A stretch of 60,696 nucleotides of DNA, filler included, from Sphacelaria rigidula (lineage: Eukaryota): NCBI GenBank assembly GCA_964200075.2. It is 10 parts of 10 records of this genome, joined end to end, with 100 filler letters (N's around TTAATTAATTAA, not from the genome) between each part and the next. Parts side by side here need not be neighbours in the genome. Positions count along the whole stretch, not along the records: positions 1 to 5,980 come from CAXNAA020023038.1; positions 6,081 to 12,060 come from CAXNAA020023039.1; 8 more parts are not named here. One strand, 5' to 3'. Made by a program: the position numbers and the translations under genes. This document shows, one piece after another, positions 1 to 11,816 of the stretch (positions within the stretch are counted from its first letter, which is position 1; every line of letters begins with the position of its first letter). Below the pieces are notes generated by a model. It searched no databases and was not told the origin of the DNA. It saw only the letters and a program-made list of their open reading frames with translations.

Positions 1-390
1 ACACTGATCCATACAAATCCACCAATAAAAACGTGCCAATATCTGGGAGGTCCAAATGGCGCCTGAATGAGTCGATGCCTGTGAATGGAATTCGTGTAGA
101 ACCCATGGGCGCAGTAGCATCGGGACATAGATGCGGATGGGTTTATCACCTAGCAAGCGGGCATGTCGACTTGTAGGCTTCCCCTTGGGGAGGGCTGCTG
201 TGGGTCGACGAACTAACAGAACTATACCATTATCATCCGTATGCAGCATACCTTTCCTTGAAAGTTCAATAACTTCATGCTGTCTGGGCGCTTTGAGATT
301 CCCGACTGGCAAAAGGAATTCGGTTTCTGAGAATGGACATGGGAAACCTTTAGATAGATCATGGATAGCTGGTTTACAAGCAGGTTCTGC
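1..390 (-). pseudogene. Gypsy integrase N-terminal zinc-binding region (truncated by contig end)
   Basis: Reading through the in-frame TAG at 391-393 gives IYVPMLLRPWVLHEFHSQASTHSGAIWTSQILARFYWW. Confidence 0.8.
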
Positions 391-1056
391 CTATTGTTCC
401 CGGGCCCAATCGGGGCGGGAGAAGAGAGTCAAACGTTCCTTGAATACGCCATCTGTTGAAGCGTCTACTTCGTGTTGGGTCGGTTCGGGGCGGGGTTGGC
501 ACGAAGCGGTGATTTCGGAATCAAGAGTGAGCCTACCAGTTGGTTTACTCTCAGACGGGACGCTAACGTCTACTCCTACGTCGATTAGCGTGGAGGGTGT
601 TGTGGTAGTGTTTGCAATATCATCACCAAGGGAGGGAGGCACAGCCATAGTTTCGACTATGTTTGGCAGGGGCGGCACGGTAGGGGTCGATTTTCTGGGG
701 GCCTTGCGTCGCGGAGGCTGCGGGGGCGCAAGGAAACTATCGGGGACCGGGATAGGAGCAGGGAGGGGAAGGTCAGGACCGGATACGGGTAATTTGGTGG
801 CCGTTTCGGCGGTTCGTCGTCCACGAGTTCTACTCAGAATCAGATCTCGAACTTGAACTGGTAAGACGGAGTCAGCAAAGGACGGTTCTACACCTGCTGC
901 GAAAACCATGCACTGGCCAGTTGCACGAAAACGATCGTAGCCAACAGTATTCGTCAACAGTCCATTCCAAACTGAGTACAACGATTGAGGTTGCAAGCTG
1001 CCTAGAACTGATGCTTGGGCTGTGGTCGTCAGCCCACGCATGCCTAAAGCCGGCGT

Positions 1057-2638
1057 TTATCTCAGTGAAAGTAGTGTGTAGAGACCTATATGTCCATTCC
1101 TACTAATGAAATATACAATGTCTTCGGTGGGATCGGTGATACGTCCCATGGGGGATTCATCGATAGGTTGAGCTGGTGTGGGCAAGCGTGACAGAAAGTT
1201 GGCGTTTGCATTTTGCGGGCCTGTGCGATATTCCATCTGGAAGTTGTGAGACGACAGGATTTCGAACCAGCGTTGGACCTTAGCGTTTTGTTCCGCCATT
1301 TGGCAAGGCTTTCCAAAGACTTATGGTCCGTATAAATCACAAACGGGATGTCATACAAATACTGACGCAGACGTTGCACGCCCCAAACAACTGCGCCGGC
1401 CTCTTGTTCCATGACAGACCAATTATGTATTCATTCGGAAAAGTGGTGCGACTCAGATAGACAATGGGACGAACAGTAGCATCGACTTACTCTTGTTCTA
1501 ATGTGCAGCCAAACCCAATTTTGGAAGAATCTGTGTGGAGCCGGAAAGGGCGGGAACCCTGCTCCGCGGCCGACCAGTCGGGGAAGACGAGAACCGGCGG
1601 GCGCGAAAGGGTGTCAAGACGGCGGACGGTTTTTTCCATTTCCAATGTGAACACAAATTCCACCCCTTTTTTGAGGAGGGTGGTGAGGGGTTTGAGCGTT
1701 TGGGCAGGGTTTGGCAAGTACTGTCTGTAGTAGCTTAGACCTCCCAACAAGGAACACAGTTGAGAAATATCCCGTGGCATGGGCATATCGCAGAGTGCGG
1801 CGACCTTGTCGAGGTTGGGGCTACGACCTTCGGGGGTGATGCAATGACCCAAAAACTCAATCTTCGTGGCGCCAATGCGGGATTTGCAGGGGGCGAGTTT
1901 CAAGTTGTGTTGTTCAGACCGATTAAAGAATGATGTCAACTGTTCGACGCATTCAGCCGGTGTGGAGTCGTGGCACACCGCATCATCAAGGTACATATAT
2001 GTGGCATTTGGGCAATCCATCAGTTACACGGAACATCACACGTTGAAACGCACCTGGAGCTCCGGCGGCACATTGTGGTGTAACCAACCACTCGTACAAA
2101 CCTGATGGCGCGCAAAACGCTGTCAGTTCAATGGAATTCGGATCCATTACGAGCTGGTGGTAGCCGGACTGCATGTCAAAGTTCGAAAATATCTTACCCC
2201 CGCCAAGAGAGTCAATAATTTCATCAATTCGTGGAAGTGGCAGCCGGGCGATTTTGATGACCGCGTTTAATTGTTGATAATCGACCGTCAGTCTAATTTT
2301 GCCATTCTTTTACGGACGACTACTAAAGGCGAGGCCCACGGAGACGTCGAGTGCCGAATTAAACCGGCGGATAAGTAACCATCGAGAAATACCTGGATCT
2401 TATCCGGTAAGAGGGGGTTCGTACGGTACGGACGCATAGCGATAGGCGGAGTGCCATCAGCGATTTTGATCTTGAACGGTGTCGTAGTACATCGACCTAA
2501 ATCCAAGGGTGCAGTAGAAAACCGTTTAGAATATCTAATCAAGATGGATCTCAATCTATCGATCACAGTGGGTGTCCAACCATCGCCAGATAGATCAAAA
2601 ACAATATGCCGTAAGTGAGGGGGAATGTCATCCCACAA
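1057..2638 (-). pseudogene. Gypsy reverse transcriptase / RNase H, frameshifted
   Basis: Fragments across several ORFs: IRHSTSPWASPLVVVRK, SGYHQL..TAFCAPSGLYEW..P..APGAFQRVM, YLDD, IEFLGH, FRLHTDSS, EQEAGAVVWG..YTDHKSL, NANFLSR. Confidence 0.92.
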
Positions 2639-2941
2639 CTTTTGAAAACTGGCGCGTTGTTCTGGGGAAATCTATCCAGTAATGCAGTTGGGGGTTGAAG
2701 GTCAGGCGCATCTGGTGGATTTATCACCACCATGGGGTCAGGCATGTGTAGCGAAGGGGGGCACGTGGATTTCGGGGGTCCGGTTGACGAGTTGTTGTCC
2801 GCAGGGGGGGCACACATCTGACAGGGCTGTTCGTATGAGAGGCGCTTGAGCATAACCCAACAACTGACCGTTGAGTACATCGAAACATGCAGGGGGCGTG
2901 AGGTAAATGGCCTGCCTACCTTCGTGGACAAAGACTTCGGT

Positions 2942-4219
2942 CTATTCAAACGGACCAACCTGTGCCTGATCAGGTTTGAGCAATTCGACCAAATAATGTC
3001 CTGTGAGGGCGGGCGATCCATTTCGCCTCACGAGCTTCACTTGGATGAGTTGGGGTTCGCGAGAAAGCGAGACTACAGGTTCACCAACATAGTACAGACG
3101 AAAATCATTACCTGTTTTCGTAGTATCATCGTCATAAGCATGAGCTCCCGAATCAGTGTCGAAGTGACCCAGAGACAGTTTGCCTGTGACTGGACGGTTC
3201 GGGATAGGTGTGTCCGTCGTATAGGTGTGTGTGGAAAAACGAAGCCAACTATCTCGACCCAACAAAGCATCAAAATACATGGAATCGCCGGGCGCAATTA
3301 GTGCCCATACAGACAACCGAGCAGTGGGAGTAGTATCCTGGTAGAATTGTACACTTAGTCTCACCGATTGGTGAACCGTAAGAGATGCGGAGGAACCAAA
3401 CCCACCAAAAACACGAGGGTGCGCGGTGGACAGACAATGCTCGTCCGCCGCGCCCGCGCTGATCATCTGTTGCCAGCAGCTGGCTGTAATGAACGTTTGA
3501 GGTGAACCAGAGTCTGGTAGTGCAAGAGCTATCAAATGATAGTTTGCACGCGCTCCACTATGTAAACCTTTCTTGGTCGTAAAATAAGCACCATACATAG
3601 TTGCAGTATCACTGACGAGATCGGGCCCGAATTCGGGTAAGACATCTGGCACATCCTGCTTTGCGTTTTGAACGAAGGTACTAAAATACACCCGTTGATG
3701 ATCCTGTGGGACAAGCTTTTGGTCGGAAGGATGGTGCGTACATGGAGTGTCAGTGTTTGTGCCTGAAATATTTGTCTCAATAGTCGAGGGTTGAATCTCA
3801 TATACTGCAACGGAGGGGCGATGCTGGGGAAGGGCAGTTGTCGTGGTTGGACCCGACAACTGATTCGTGCGTGGTGTTTCACCCTTATTGGCCAACAGAG
3901 GGGGCGAGTCGTTATTGTGCAAAGCGGGATCAATCACATTATCCAGCTTGGCCAGAACGGGGGACGATTCATCGGGGCGCGGTGTTGAAATTGATACGCC
4001 AATCAACTCAATACCGTCACTAGTTAGGGCCAACATGGGAGGTTTTGGAGACGATTCGTCAGGACGCGGGGTTGGTAGAGCTGTGCTGTTCAACCCGGCG
4101 TCTATTAAAGGGGGCCAACGTGGGCGAGGTAGGAGACGAGTCGTCTTGCGTAACACTTTTTCTGCCTGGTGACGAACACACGATTGAGGTGTCTTCATGG
4201 CTAGGATGCGAACGTACAT
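2942..4219 (-). pseudogene. Gypsy aspartic protease region
   Basis: ALPDSGSPQTFI catalytic motif and downstream DALLGRDSW motif. Confidence 0.85.
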
Positions 4220-5771
4220 GGGTCGGCGAAGTCTCTGTCCCTACAGACGGTAACGCTTCATCGGAAATGAGTTCAAATGCAGTGCACAAGGGGTGGTCAG
4301 GGAGCAGTAACGATCTGTTCGAAATTTGGGGAGTACCGGCCTGTTCCCCTTTAAGGTTTTCATCTATCTGAGCCCACACGCAATCTCTTCCTTGGAGTTC
4401 ACGTGCGCTTGCTACATCAGGGTTATCTACATGATAATCTGGAGGAGCCCGCCTAGGGTGACGCGTATAGCACACGAAAGGGTCGGCGGCTCCAGGAGCT
4501 ATTGAAATGAGTTCTCGGACAGTCGAATCCAGGTCACGCTCTTGGCGCACCACCTGAGTCGCTGCCACTTGAGGTTCCATTCCAACCCGCTCAGCAACGG
4601 AAAGCATAGGTTCTTTGCGGTTGCGACCCTTCAAGGAATAATTACGCTCATCAAATAAAAGGGAACCGGGTACCGTAGTTTTTGCGGGACTCGGTAGGGT
4701 GGTTAGCCGGGCACTCGAGCAGTTGGGGGGTGCTCGAGTGTGTGGCTTTGAGTTTGGTGTTCTCCGATGAACGGTCGAAGAGGCAGTGTCTACCGTACCA
4801 GAAGATATTTCGGCTCCGGATGCGTTAGAAACTGCACTACATGACCTCCTCTCCTCCGAAGGGAAGGGGTTCGATTGAATATGATTAGTACCTGGTGGAT
4901 GTAAAACTTGGTGATCGAATGCAGGATTAAAACGTTGGGTTTGGTCACTGCTCAATTGATAGCCATGCAACGGTGCATGAGCTTTGACTGTCTCCGAACC
5001 CTTCAAGGCAGTGTCAGCATAGCCAGGGAACCCACACCACATGGTTGAACCCGCGGTGGCCGCCGTTGATTCACGTGTGTGATGTTTGTGATCTGGCCGA
5101 GCAAAAAAGAAATGTTGGGTACTTCTGCGGTGAGTTACCAGCGAACGTTGATTCGTAATTGTGGGACGGTGCCAACGATTGGGGAACGAACAGTTCTGTG
5201 GTTGAGAGTTTGCCGGGTCAGACTGTGTTAAACGTGGCGCCGAGTCAGCGGGCCGCGTCTGGTAGTGCGCTGTTTGGTACTGCGGGTTTTGGTAGCGGGA
5301 ATCGTTGCCATGAAAGCGATTACCCCGTCTAGGGTGGTTATTTTGGCCACGCGTGTCGCTGGATTGAGGGCGGCGGTAAGAACGCATACGCGCTTGCCAA
5401 GTTGGCCAGCACGATGCATATTGCGAATCATGGAATATGTTATTCAAGACGCCGAATGCGTTTACAAACGGTGCCTCGCAGGTGCGCATGGAATGGATGG
5501 GAACTCGGCCGTCAGCGGAGTACCCAGTTTGTCCATCGAACCATATTCCGCAATTGAGGCATTTGTCCTTACACTCACGGATAAGCTCGTTACAGATGTT
5601 GGGTTCGACGTCGCGGGCCCAGAGGGGGGGGTCGTGGTTGTTCATGGAGGTGCTTACGTTGAAGACCTCCGGCCAAATTTCGTTGGCGAAGGGCCAGCTT
5701 GGAAACCGACTAGCAAATGCATCTGGTACCTGTACCTGGGCAGTCATCGTGACTTCTCCTGCAGAAGTCAT
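4059..5771 (-). pseudogene. Gypsy gag-like ORF with zinc knuckle
   Basis: 570-aa ORF containing CLNC...HSMRTC followed by a basic/Gln-rich stretch, upstream of the protease. Confidence 0.65.
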
Positions 5772-5980
5772 TGAGTGGGGTATCCACGCCGGTCGACTTG
5801 ATTTCCTGCTGGGTTGCGTTCGTGACGCGGGGACAACTGAAGTGAGGAGAGGTTCCTGACTAATTACCTGCGTACCGTGTTGGCTAAGCGCCGAAGTGGT
5901 GCCGTCCTGGAGTGATGCTACGGTAGGGGTACAGAAATAATTTCTGAGGTTAGAATCGTTAGGAGCCCCTTATCTCATCC

Positions 5981-6080
5981 NNNNNNNNNNNNNNNNNNNN
6001 NNNNNNNNNNNNNNNNNNNNNNNNTTAATTAATTAANNNNNNNNNNNNNNNNNNNNNNNNNNNNNNNNNNNNNNNNNNNN
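5981..6080. other. Artificial contig linker (44 N + TTAATTAATTAA + 44 N). Identical linkers at 12061-12160, 18141-18240, 24221-24320, 30301-30400, 36381-36480, 42460-42559, 48539-48638 and 54618-54717
   Basis: The same 100-nt spacer, with stop codons in all six frames, occurs nine times. The intervening segments are 5980 bp (x6) then 5979 bp (x4), i.e. sorted by length. Confidence 0.97.
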
Positions 6081-6164
6081 ATCGAAGGCGGCGATGAATA
6101 TCGATAGATACACACCAGAATATGTTATGGTATACAATGCCTACCGATATTCTCTGCCGTCTAC

Positions 6165-6256
6165 TGAATTTCGTTTTTCTTGGGTACGTCTATCATGAGA
6201 CCACGGCTGGACCCCTGGGGGGTCAGTTAGAGTGCGACAGGCAAATCAAATCGAAT
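6165..6256 (+). mobile_element. 3' fragment of SINE family B
   Basis: GTCTATCATGAGACCACGGCTGGACCCCTGGGGGGTCAGTTAGAGTGCGAC plus an (AATC)-type tail matches the reverse complement of 25745-25825. Confidence 0.7.
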
Positions 6257-6929
6257 CTACTGCCACGCCCACACTGCAACCCACTACCTACAGAGCATAT
6301 CTTATACTCTGTTAGAGCACGGTAGAGAGGCCGCAGGTGAACATGCCGTGGGTACACGATGACACTGGCGGACGTGGCCGCTTATCGAACTCTTTTTCGC
6401 GTCGAGTGAAATGTGCACGTACCCTGGACGAAAGACTATGTAGTAGAACACTGCGGCCGCAATAGCCTCGTAAACTGGACTTTCAATGTTTAGTGTCAGT
6501 CATACTCGACAGGCACCGCTGTCTATCGACAGCTAGCTATTGTAGGCGACAACAGGTTCTTGACAAGGGACAGGGTGCATCACCGCCGTGGCAATGGAGT
6601 GGCCACGTTTTCCATCGATACACGTTGTTGTTTGCAATCGGCCCTAAATTGTGGCCACCAATAGATGTTGCTGGTGACACTAGGATCTCGATGGCGCCCA
6701 CCAACATCCATTGCTGACGGCGACGGGAGCCGAATGCGGACGATCCCTACCTGTGTACCTCGTATGCACATTGTCGGTAGATGCTTCTACCCTTTTCCAC
6801 CGAAGCTATGGCCAACTACCGCCTCAGGGAGTTGCGTATTCACCTGTGAGGAATACTGCCGTTGATGCCGTAGGACCACTTCATGAGCCACACATTGATT
6901 GAATTAGAACCTATCGTTGACGCCACTGG

Positions 6930-7225
6930 CTATCGATAGATGCTCCCTAGAACATCCAGTAATTGTTGACGGCAGTAATGATCGGGAGATACCCCCAAAA
7001 TCCTTTGTTGGCGGCGGAGGCTATCGGTAGCTTGTTTATCGATACCGCTGACGACACCAAAGGCTACCGCTGGACGGCTCACCAAATCCACTGTCGACGG
7101 CAGTTGCTATCGATAGATGGCTCACCAAATCTGTTGATGACGGCAATGACAATCGATGGAGGTCTCATCAAATCTATCAAGCGTGGCAGCGGCTATCGAT
7201 AAATACCTCCCAGAATCCATTGGCT
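6930..7225. repeat. Degenerate 43-bp minisatellite, about 7 units, core CTATCGATAGATG..CACCAAATCC..TGACGGCA
   Basis: Unit starts at about 6930, 6979, 7021, 7064, 7107, 7150 and 7193. More eroded units lie upstream (6099, 6686). Confidence 0.8.
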
Positions 7226-7484
7226 GGTAGTCTTCATCCACCGCCATTTTCATAGACTCTTGATCGACTCTTGCAACGTCTAATGTCCGCGGCGATGCAT
7301 ATCAATACATGTGTTTCACCATCTATTGTGTTCGACAATGTATATCGATGGGTTTCCCCCCCCCCCCCGCGTCTGTTGGTGAGGCAATGAATTACTACTG
7401 TGTCCACTGTTCAGAGTGTGCAAGCCTCACGGGAACGAACGAGTGTCTCAACCGCGGGGGACAAAACCTCAGAACAAAACTCAC

Positions 7485-7868
7485 CGTCTCGCTGCCACCG
7501 TCTTCGCTCCCGCTGCTCTGCGAACTGCGCGCTGCGGGGGGTTTTCCCGAGGTCGCGCCACCCAGAGCGGCAGACTCCGCCCTTATCCTTCGCGACTCTC
7601 TCGCCAACGCTGTGCGAACGTCGCCATCTAGTGTACTGTCGCTCTCACCGGGTCCCGATCCAGCCTTCCGGCGTTTCCTCCCTCGCGCCGGTGCACGCCT
7701 GTCGCGGACAACTGTTTCTTCGTGTGTAAGCATTTGTCTGCACTTCACCGTCGAAGCCATCGCAGCGGATCGTTTCGGGTTGCCCTCGCGCCTTTCGCCC
7801 ACCATTCCCCTCCCAGCTTTTCCACTCTTTCCCCTGTTTCGAGCAGCCGCCTTCGCTCCCGGCATCAT
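7485..7868 (-). CDS. Probable first coding exon of an unidentified host gene (basic, low-complexity N-terminus with NLS-like GRKRRK)
   Basis: ATGATG at 7868 opens 128 GC-rich codons (MMPGAKAAARNRGK...GSEDGGSET) ending at a consensus donor ACG|GTGAGT. All three minus frames are closed about 100 nt upstream. Confidence 0.6.
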
Positions 7869-8939
7869 CGGTACTGTCTCTCCTATCTCTCCTGAATCCG
7901 GAAAACTGGGGGTAGGGGGGGCGGGATACGGAAGGGTTGACCCGCGGTAATGAAGGCCTCTCACCGTCTACATTCTACAGCCGACGACTGCCCCGCCATG
8001 GCCCGACGAGCTTGTCACGAAACAGACAAGATCGCTTCGCCTCGCAACCGATGACCATGAAAGCCGACACCGAGTCGGGTTTTGCTTCGAACATCACGCT
8101 CTGGGCTACGGGGTGTGGTGTGAATGAAGCAATGGGAACGATGATGTTTCTGGCAGGTTGCTGCTGCTGCTGCTGCTGTTACCTTCGCAAAAAAAAAACT
8201 GCTCCGGTATCTGCAACGAACTCTGTACTGAGCCCAACTCTCAGGGGAGCGCTTAGAAGTTTATTGTGCAATAATTTTAAACGACCTTTTTTCTCTTCTC
8301 GTTCCTGTAGTTGTGTGTTTTGTGCCCGTTCACCATGATGACAAAGATAAAGAAAAACAAATCCTCTGAAATTGTTGCAAAATAGTTTTTCAAACGCTCC
8401 CATAAGAGTTGGCCTAAGTAACCCATGCGGACGCACCCTAACTACCCGAGAGCATTTGTGCGAAGAGATCATGCAAATGAAGTTGGACTTAGAAAGAAGC
8501 TCACGCAGGAGCGGTGCAACAGCTTTTTTCATGATTCGCACGCCGACTCTTCACCTGTGTCTCTCTTTTTCCCTGCCTGCAACAACGTCGCGTGCTTACA
8601 GCTACAGTCAACTTTACTGCTCACGGAGACCAGAGGCTTCACTGGCAGGCCACGGCACGGCACGAAGACTGCGGGGTGCTTATGTCGCCCGTGAAGCTGT
8701 CTCGGTCGTTCATGCCTCGTTTCTGGAAAATCGGTAGTTGCGTATTCGTGTCCGTCGATGATGCTGATGCGATAAAAGTAATCCTATTTTGGCGTATCCC
8801 ACGCCTATCTTCGACTGACTCCCGGCAATTTTGCCCAACAAGCGCAACCCCACAACATTTCTGGTGGGGGTGTAAGATGTCGATACTCACCCTTCATAAA
8901 ATGTCGAACACTGAACGTAAGCCGAACATACATTACCTA

Positions 8940-9640
8940 GATATTGTCTCTCCCTTGCTCAAAAAAAAAAATCAACCATCCAACCATCCATCCTCAAACA
9001 ATCTTTTATTTAAATGAATTGATATATATATTATTAAAAATTACGACCTATCAGATCAGGATTTCTGTTTTCCGCCGCACTTTTTCGATAAAAAAAAAGG
9101 TGTTGGGACACGCCCTTACCAAAAAACATCAGACTGCATAATAATAAGTTTATTCATATTGTCTTTCCCTTGCTCAAAACAATAAATCAAATGACCATCC
9201 ATCTATCCATCCATCCATCCAATTAATTAATTAATTATTTAAATCTATTTTATATACTATCATTAAATGTCTTTCCCTTGCTCAAAAAAAAAAATCAAAT
9301 GACCAACCATCCATCCATCCATCCATCCATCCATCCATCCATCCATCCATCCAATTAATTAATTAATTGATTAATTAATTAATTAATTGATTAATTAAAT
9401 CTATTTTATATACTATCACATGGATTATTTATAGTTATTATAATATACAATATGTAATATATTATATGTACTTTGAATAAATTAATATATATATATATAT
9501 ATATATTATTAAAAAGTACGACCTATCAGATCAGGATTTCTGTTTTCCACCGCACTCTTTCGATCGAAAAAGAAAGGTGTTGGGACACGCCCTCACCAAG
9601 AACATCAGACTGCATAATAATAAGTTCATTCAAATTGATT
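8940..9640. repeat. AT-rich compound repeat: two copies of a ~120-bp module (about 9035-9155 and 9510-9630) with (CCAT)n, (TTAA)n and (TA)n tracts
   Basis: ACGACCTATCAGATCAGGATTTCTGTTTTCC...GGGACACGCCCT...CATCAGACTGCATAATAATAAGTT is duplicated. TGTCTTTCCCTTGCTCAAAA-like motif occurs three times. Confidence 0.85.
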
Positions 9641-9996
9641 CAAACACACGAAAATCAGGGGGAACCTGGTATATAACATGTATGTATAATTCTATATCTC
9701 AAGCTGTGCGCAGCGAATCCTTCGCCTCTCCGTTTTTCACGTTGAACCGTTCCAATACAAGTTGTCAAGAGGTGACGAGTCGGACAGGGCTGGCCATTTT
9801 CAACCAACATGCGAAGAGACCACGTACAGCAACAGAAACGGGAGCCGCCAGCAATAAACGTACTCACCTAGAGCTTGTGCATATTTTGTCCCTTGTTGTG
9901 ATCGATTCGCCCATACATTTACACAGTCAAACAGTCAAACAACCGATAACGGCCAACGCGGGCATGGATTCAGTTGCGGAGAGATTTTTTACCTCG

Positions 9997-10154
9997 TACC
10001 GCACCGCACCGCACCGAGCTGTACCGTGCCGTGCTGTGCTGTGCTGTGCGGTGCGGTGCGGTGCTGCGCTGTGCTGTGCTGTGCTGTGCTGTGCCGTGTT
10101 CTGCTGTGCTGTGCTGTGCTGTGCTGTGCTGTGCTGTGCTGTGCTGTGCTGTGC
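9997..10154. repeat. (GCTGT)n / (GCGGT)n pentanucleotide microsatellite
   Basis: Directly visible. Confidence 0.95.
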
Positions 10155-10447
10155 TCTTCACTGGCTTCTCGTATCGCTCACCCCGCCAGGGTCATTCTGG
10201 GGGTTCAGATCGAAGTCGTGAGATTTCGATCACCTACCTCGTGTATACGCTTTATAATCTGTACCTCACCTTGGGACATACCGTAGGGGCAGCAGATCAG
10301 CGCGCCTAAATCTTGCGCAAGAAGAGGCGGCCGCGCTAGGAAGGCAAGCTCTTTCACGCTTGGAGGATTAGTGCACGGGGCACCCGATCCTCTGAAAGCA
10401 GCAAGTCCGTCGTGTACAATAGTCATGCTCCATATGTAAACCTATTT

Positions 10448-10491
10448 GTACAGTACAGTACAGTACAGTACAGTACAGTACAGTACAGTAC
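10448..10491. repeat. (CAGTA)n microsatellite
   Basis: Directly visible. Confidence 0.95.
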
Positions 10492-11307
10492 TCGTAGTCA
10501 TCTTCTCTCGTGTCACTCAATGCTTCTTCGATCATGTTTACTGTTCACTCGCCATTCTTGCCTTGCTTTCCTCGCCATCGCCTTCGTTCGTTATTGTTAA
10601 GAACCATACTTTGCCCATTTTCCGCTTTTGGATTGCACCGTAAGACTTCGGGTCTGAACGAAGGCAAAAATGCTTCGGCTTTTCCGTTCCTCAATTTGAG
10701 TTGAGGTCGGCCGAGTGCTGCAGCCAGTGCCGCGAGGAGCAGAGGCAGGAACAGCGCAGCCGCGAGCGAGTTTACCACAAGGAGAACACAGGTATGATTC
10801 GCGCTCCGCCGGCCCAGGCGTCTGTGCTAACCCTAAGCCCTGATGATCCCATGAGTTAGGCTGTGCGTACCTACGCGAACGGTTCACAAATCTCGACGCG
10901 AGAGGGTCAATCACCCGCACCACATCGGGAGAGCGCCAGGCCTATTCCTCCACTCGCCTTGGCTCTCCTGCACTGAGATGTACTTCGTCCTGTGTTTTCC
11001 TTCTCTATTCTGCGCTCTACAGTACTGTACTGTACTTTGCTGTGCACCGCTTGCATCACAGTACTGCATCTCTTGGGTCAGCCCAGCCTGGCCGAGACTG
11101 ACCCAGCAGCAGCGTAACACTGATTTGGATCGTTTGTGCATGATCCGACCATGGGACAATTTCCATACCTCCAACGCGCTAACCCCTGAGCTATTCTCCC
11201 ACCCCACGGTCGGTGTACTTGGACCGGGCAAGCCCCAACCCTAACCCGTGACTGTGCTGGGACAACCCAATCGCTGCTCGGGGCCGCAGCAAAGGGTATT
11301 CAACTCC

Positions 11308-11327
11308 TAGGGTTAGGGTTAGGGTTA
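11308..11327 (+). repeat. Interstitial telomeric-type repeat, about 3 x TTAGGG
   Basis: TAGGGTTAGGGTTAGGGTTA. Confidence 0.9.
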
Positions 11328-11796
11328 CCGCCGGCCGGGGTCGGCCAAGACTGGGGCAAAAAAAAAAGTATTTTGGCGACCGGCTCGCACGAACGCGCGC
11401 GCGACGGGGAGCCGAACGGTACCTGCCTCTGACATTCCCACTTTGTCCCGGGGGTCCCCGCGCAAATGCTTGTTTTGCCCGTAACTCTCGGAGGAAATCG
11501 CGTTGGCCGGTGAGCCGGGTACCGAACGACGCGTCCCGACGAGAGCTTTCACGCGATACCCGGTTTGTGGGAATCGGAGTCGTTGGCGGCGAGTTAGGCC
11601 CGTTTGAGTGTTTCGGTCACCGTCCGGTACGAAAGGGCGCCCGTACTGTGGCCAAGTGATTCGTCACGTCACTCTAAGTTCGAGTGACGTGTCCGGGGGG
11701 TCTTACTCTCCGCGCGAGTCGACCCGCGCCCGGCCGGCGGCGACGCGGTGGCGGCCTGCGGTCGATCTGGTGTCGGTCGGGAGGAGCGGCGTCGCG

Positions 11797-11816
11797 TTAG
11801 GGTTAGGGTTAGGGTT
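11797..11816 (+). repeat. Interstitial telomeric-type repeat, (TTAGGG)3
   Basis: TTAGGGTTAGGGTTAGGGTT. Confidence 0.9.

Larger units (their letters stand above)
1..5980 (-). mobile_element. Decayed Ty3/Gypsy LTR retrotransposon, internal region (LTRs outside the contig)
   Basis: Minus-strand domain order is gag zinc knuckle, protease (LPDSGS), RT (YLDD), RNase H, integrase zinc-binding region, which is the Gypsy order. Multiple frameshifts and stops. Confidence 0.93.

Noticed and set aside
6025..6036. Regularly spaced TTAATTAATTAA motif as a biological signal
   Set aside because: Embedded in N runs. It is a synthetic six-frame stop linker.
6930..7225. CRISPR-like array
   Set aside because: Whole units are homologous with no unique spacers, there are no cas genes, and the context is eukaryotic. 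It is a minisatellite.
9577..10309. Cys-rich ORFs (CCAVL repeats)
   Set aside because: Translation of a (GCTGT)n microsatellite.
10838..10870. Hammerhead ribozyme core (CTGATGA)
   Set aside because: No GAAA after a stem II and no compatible stems I/III.
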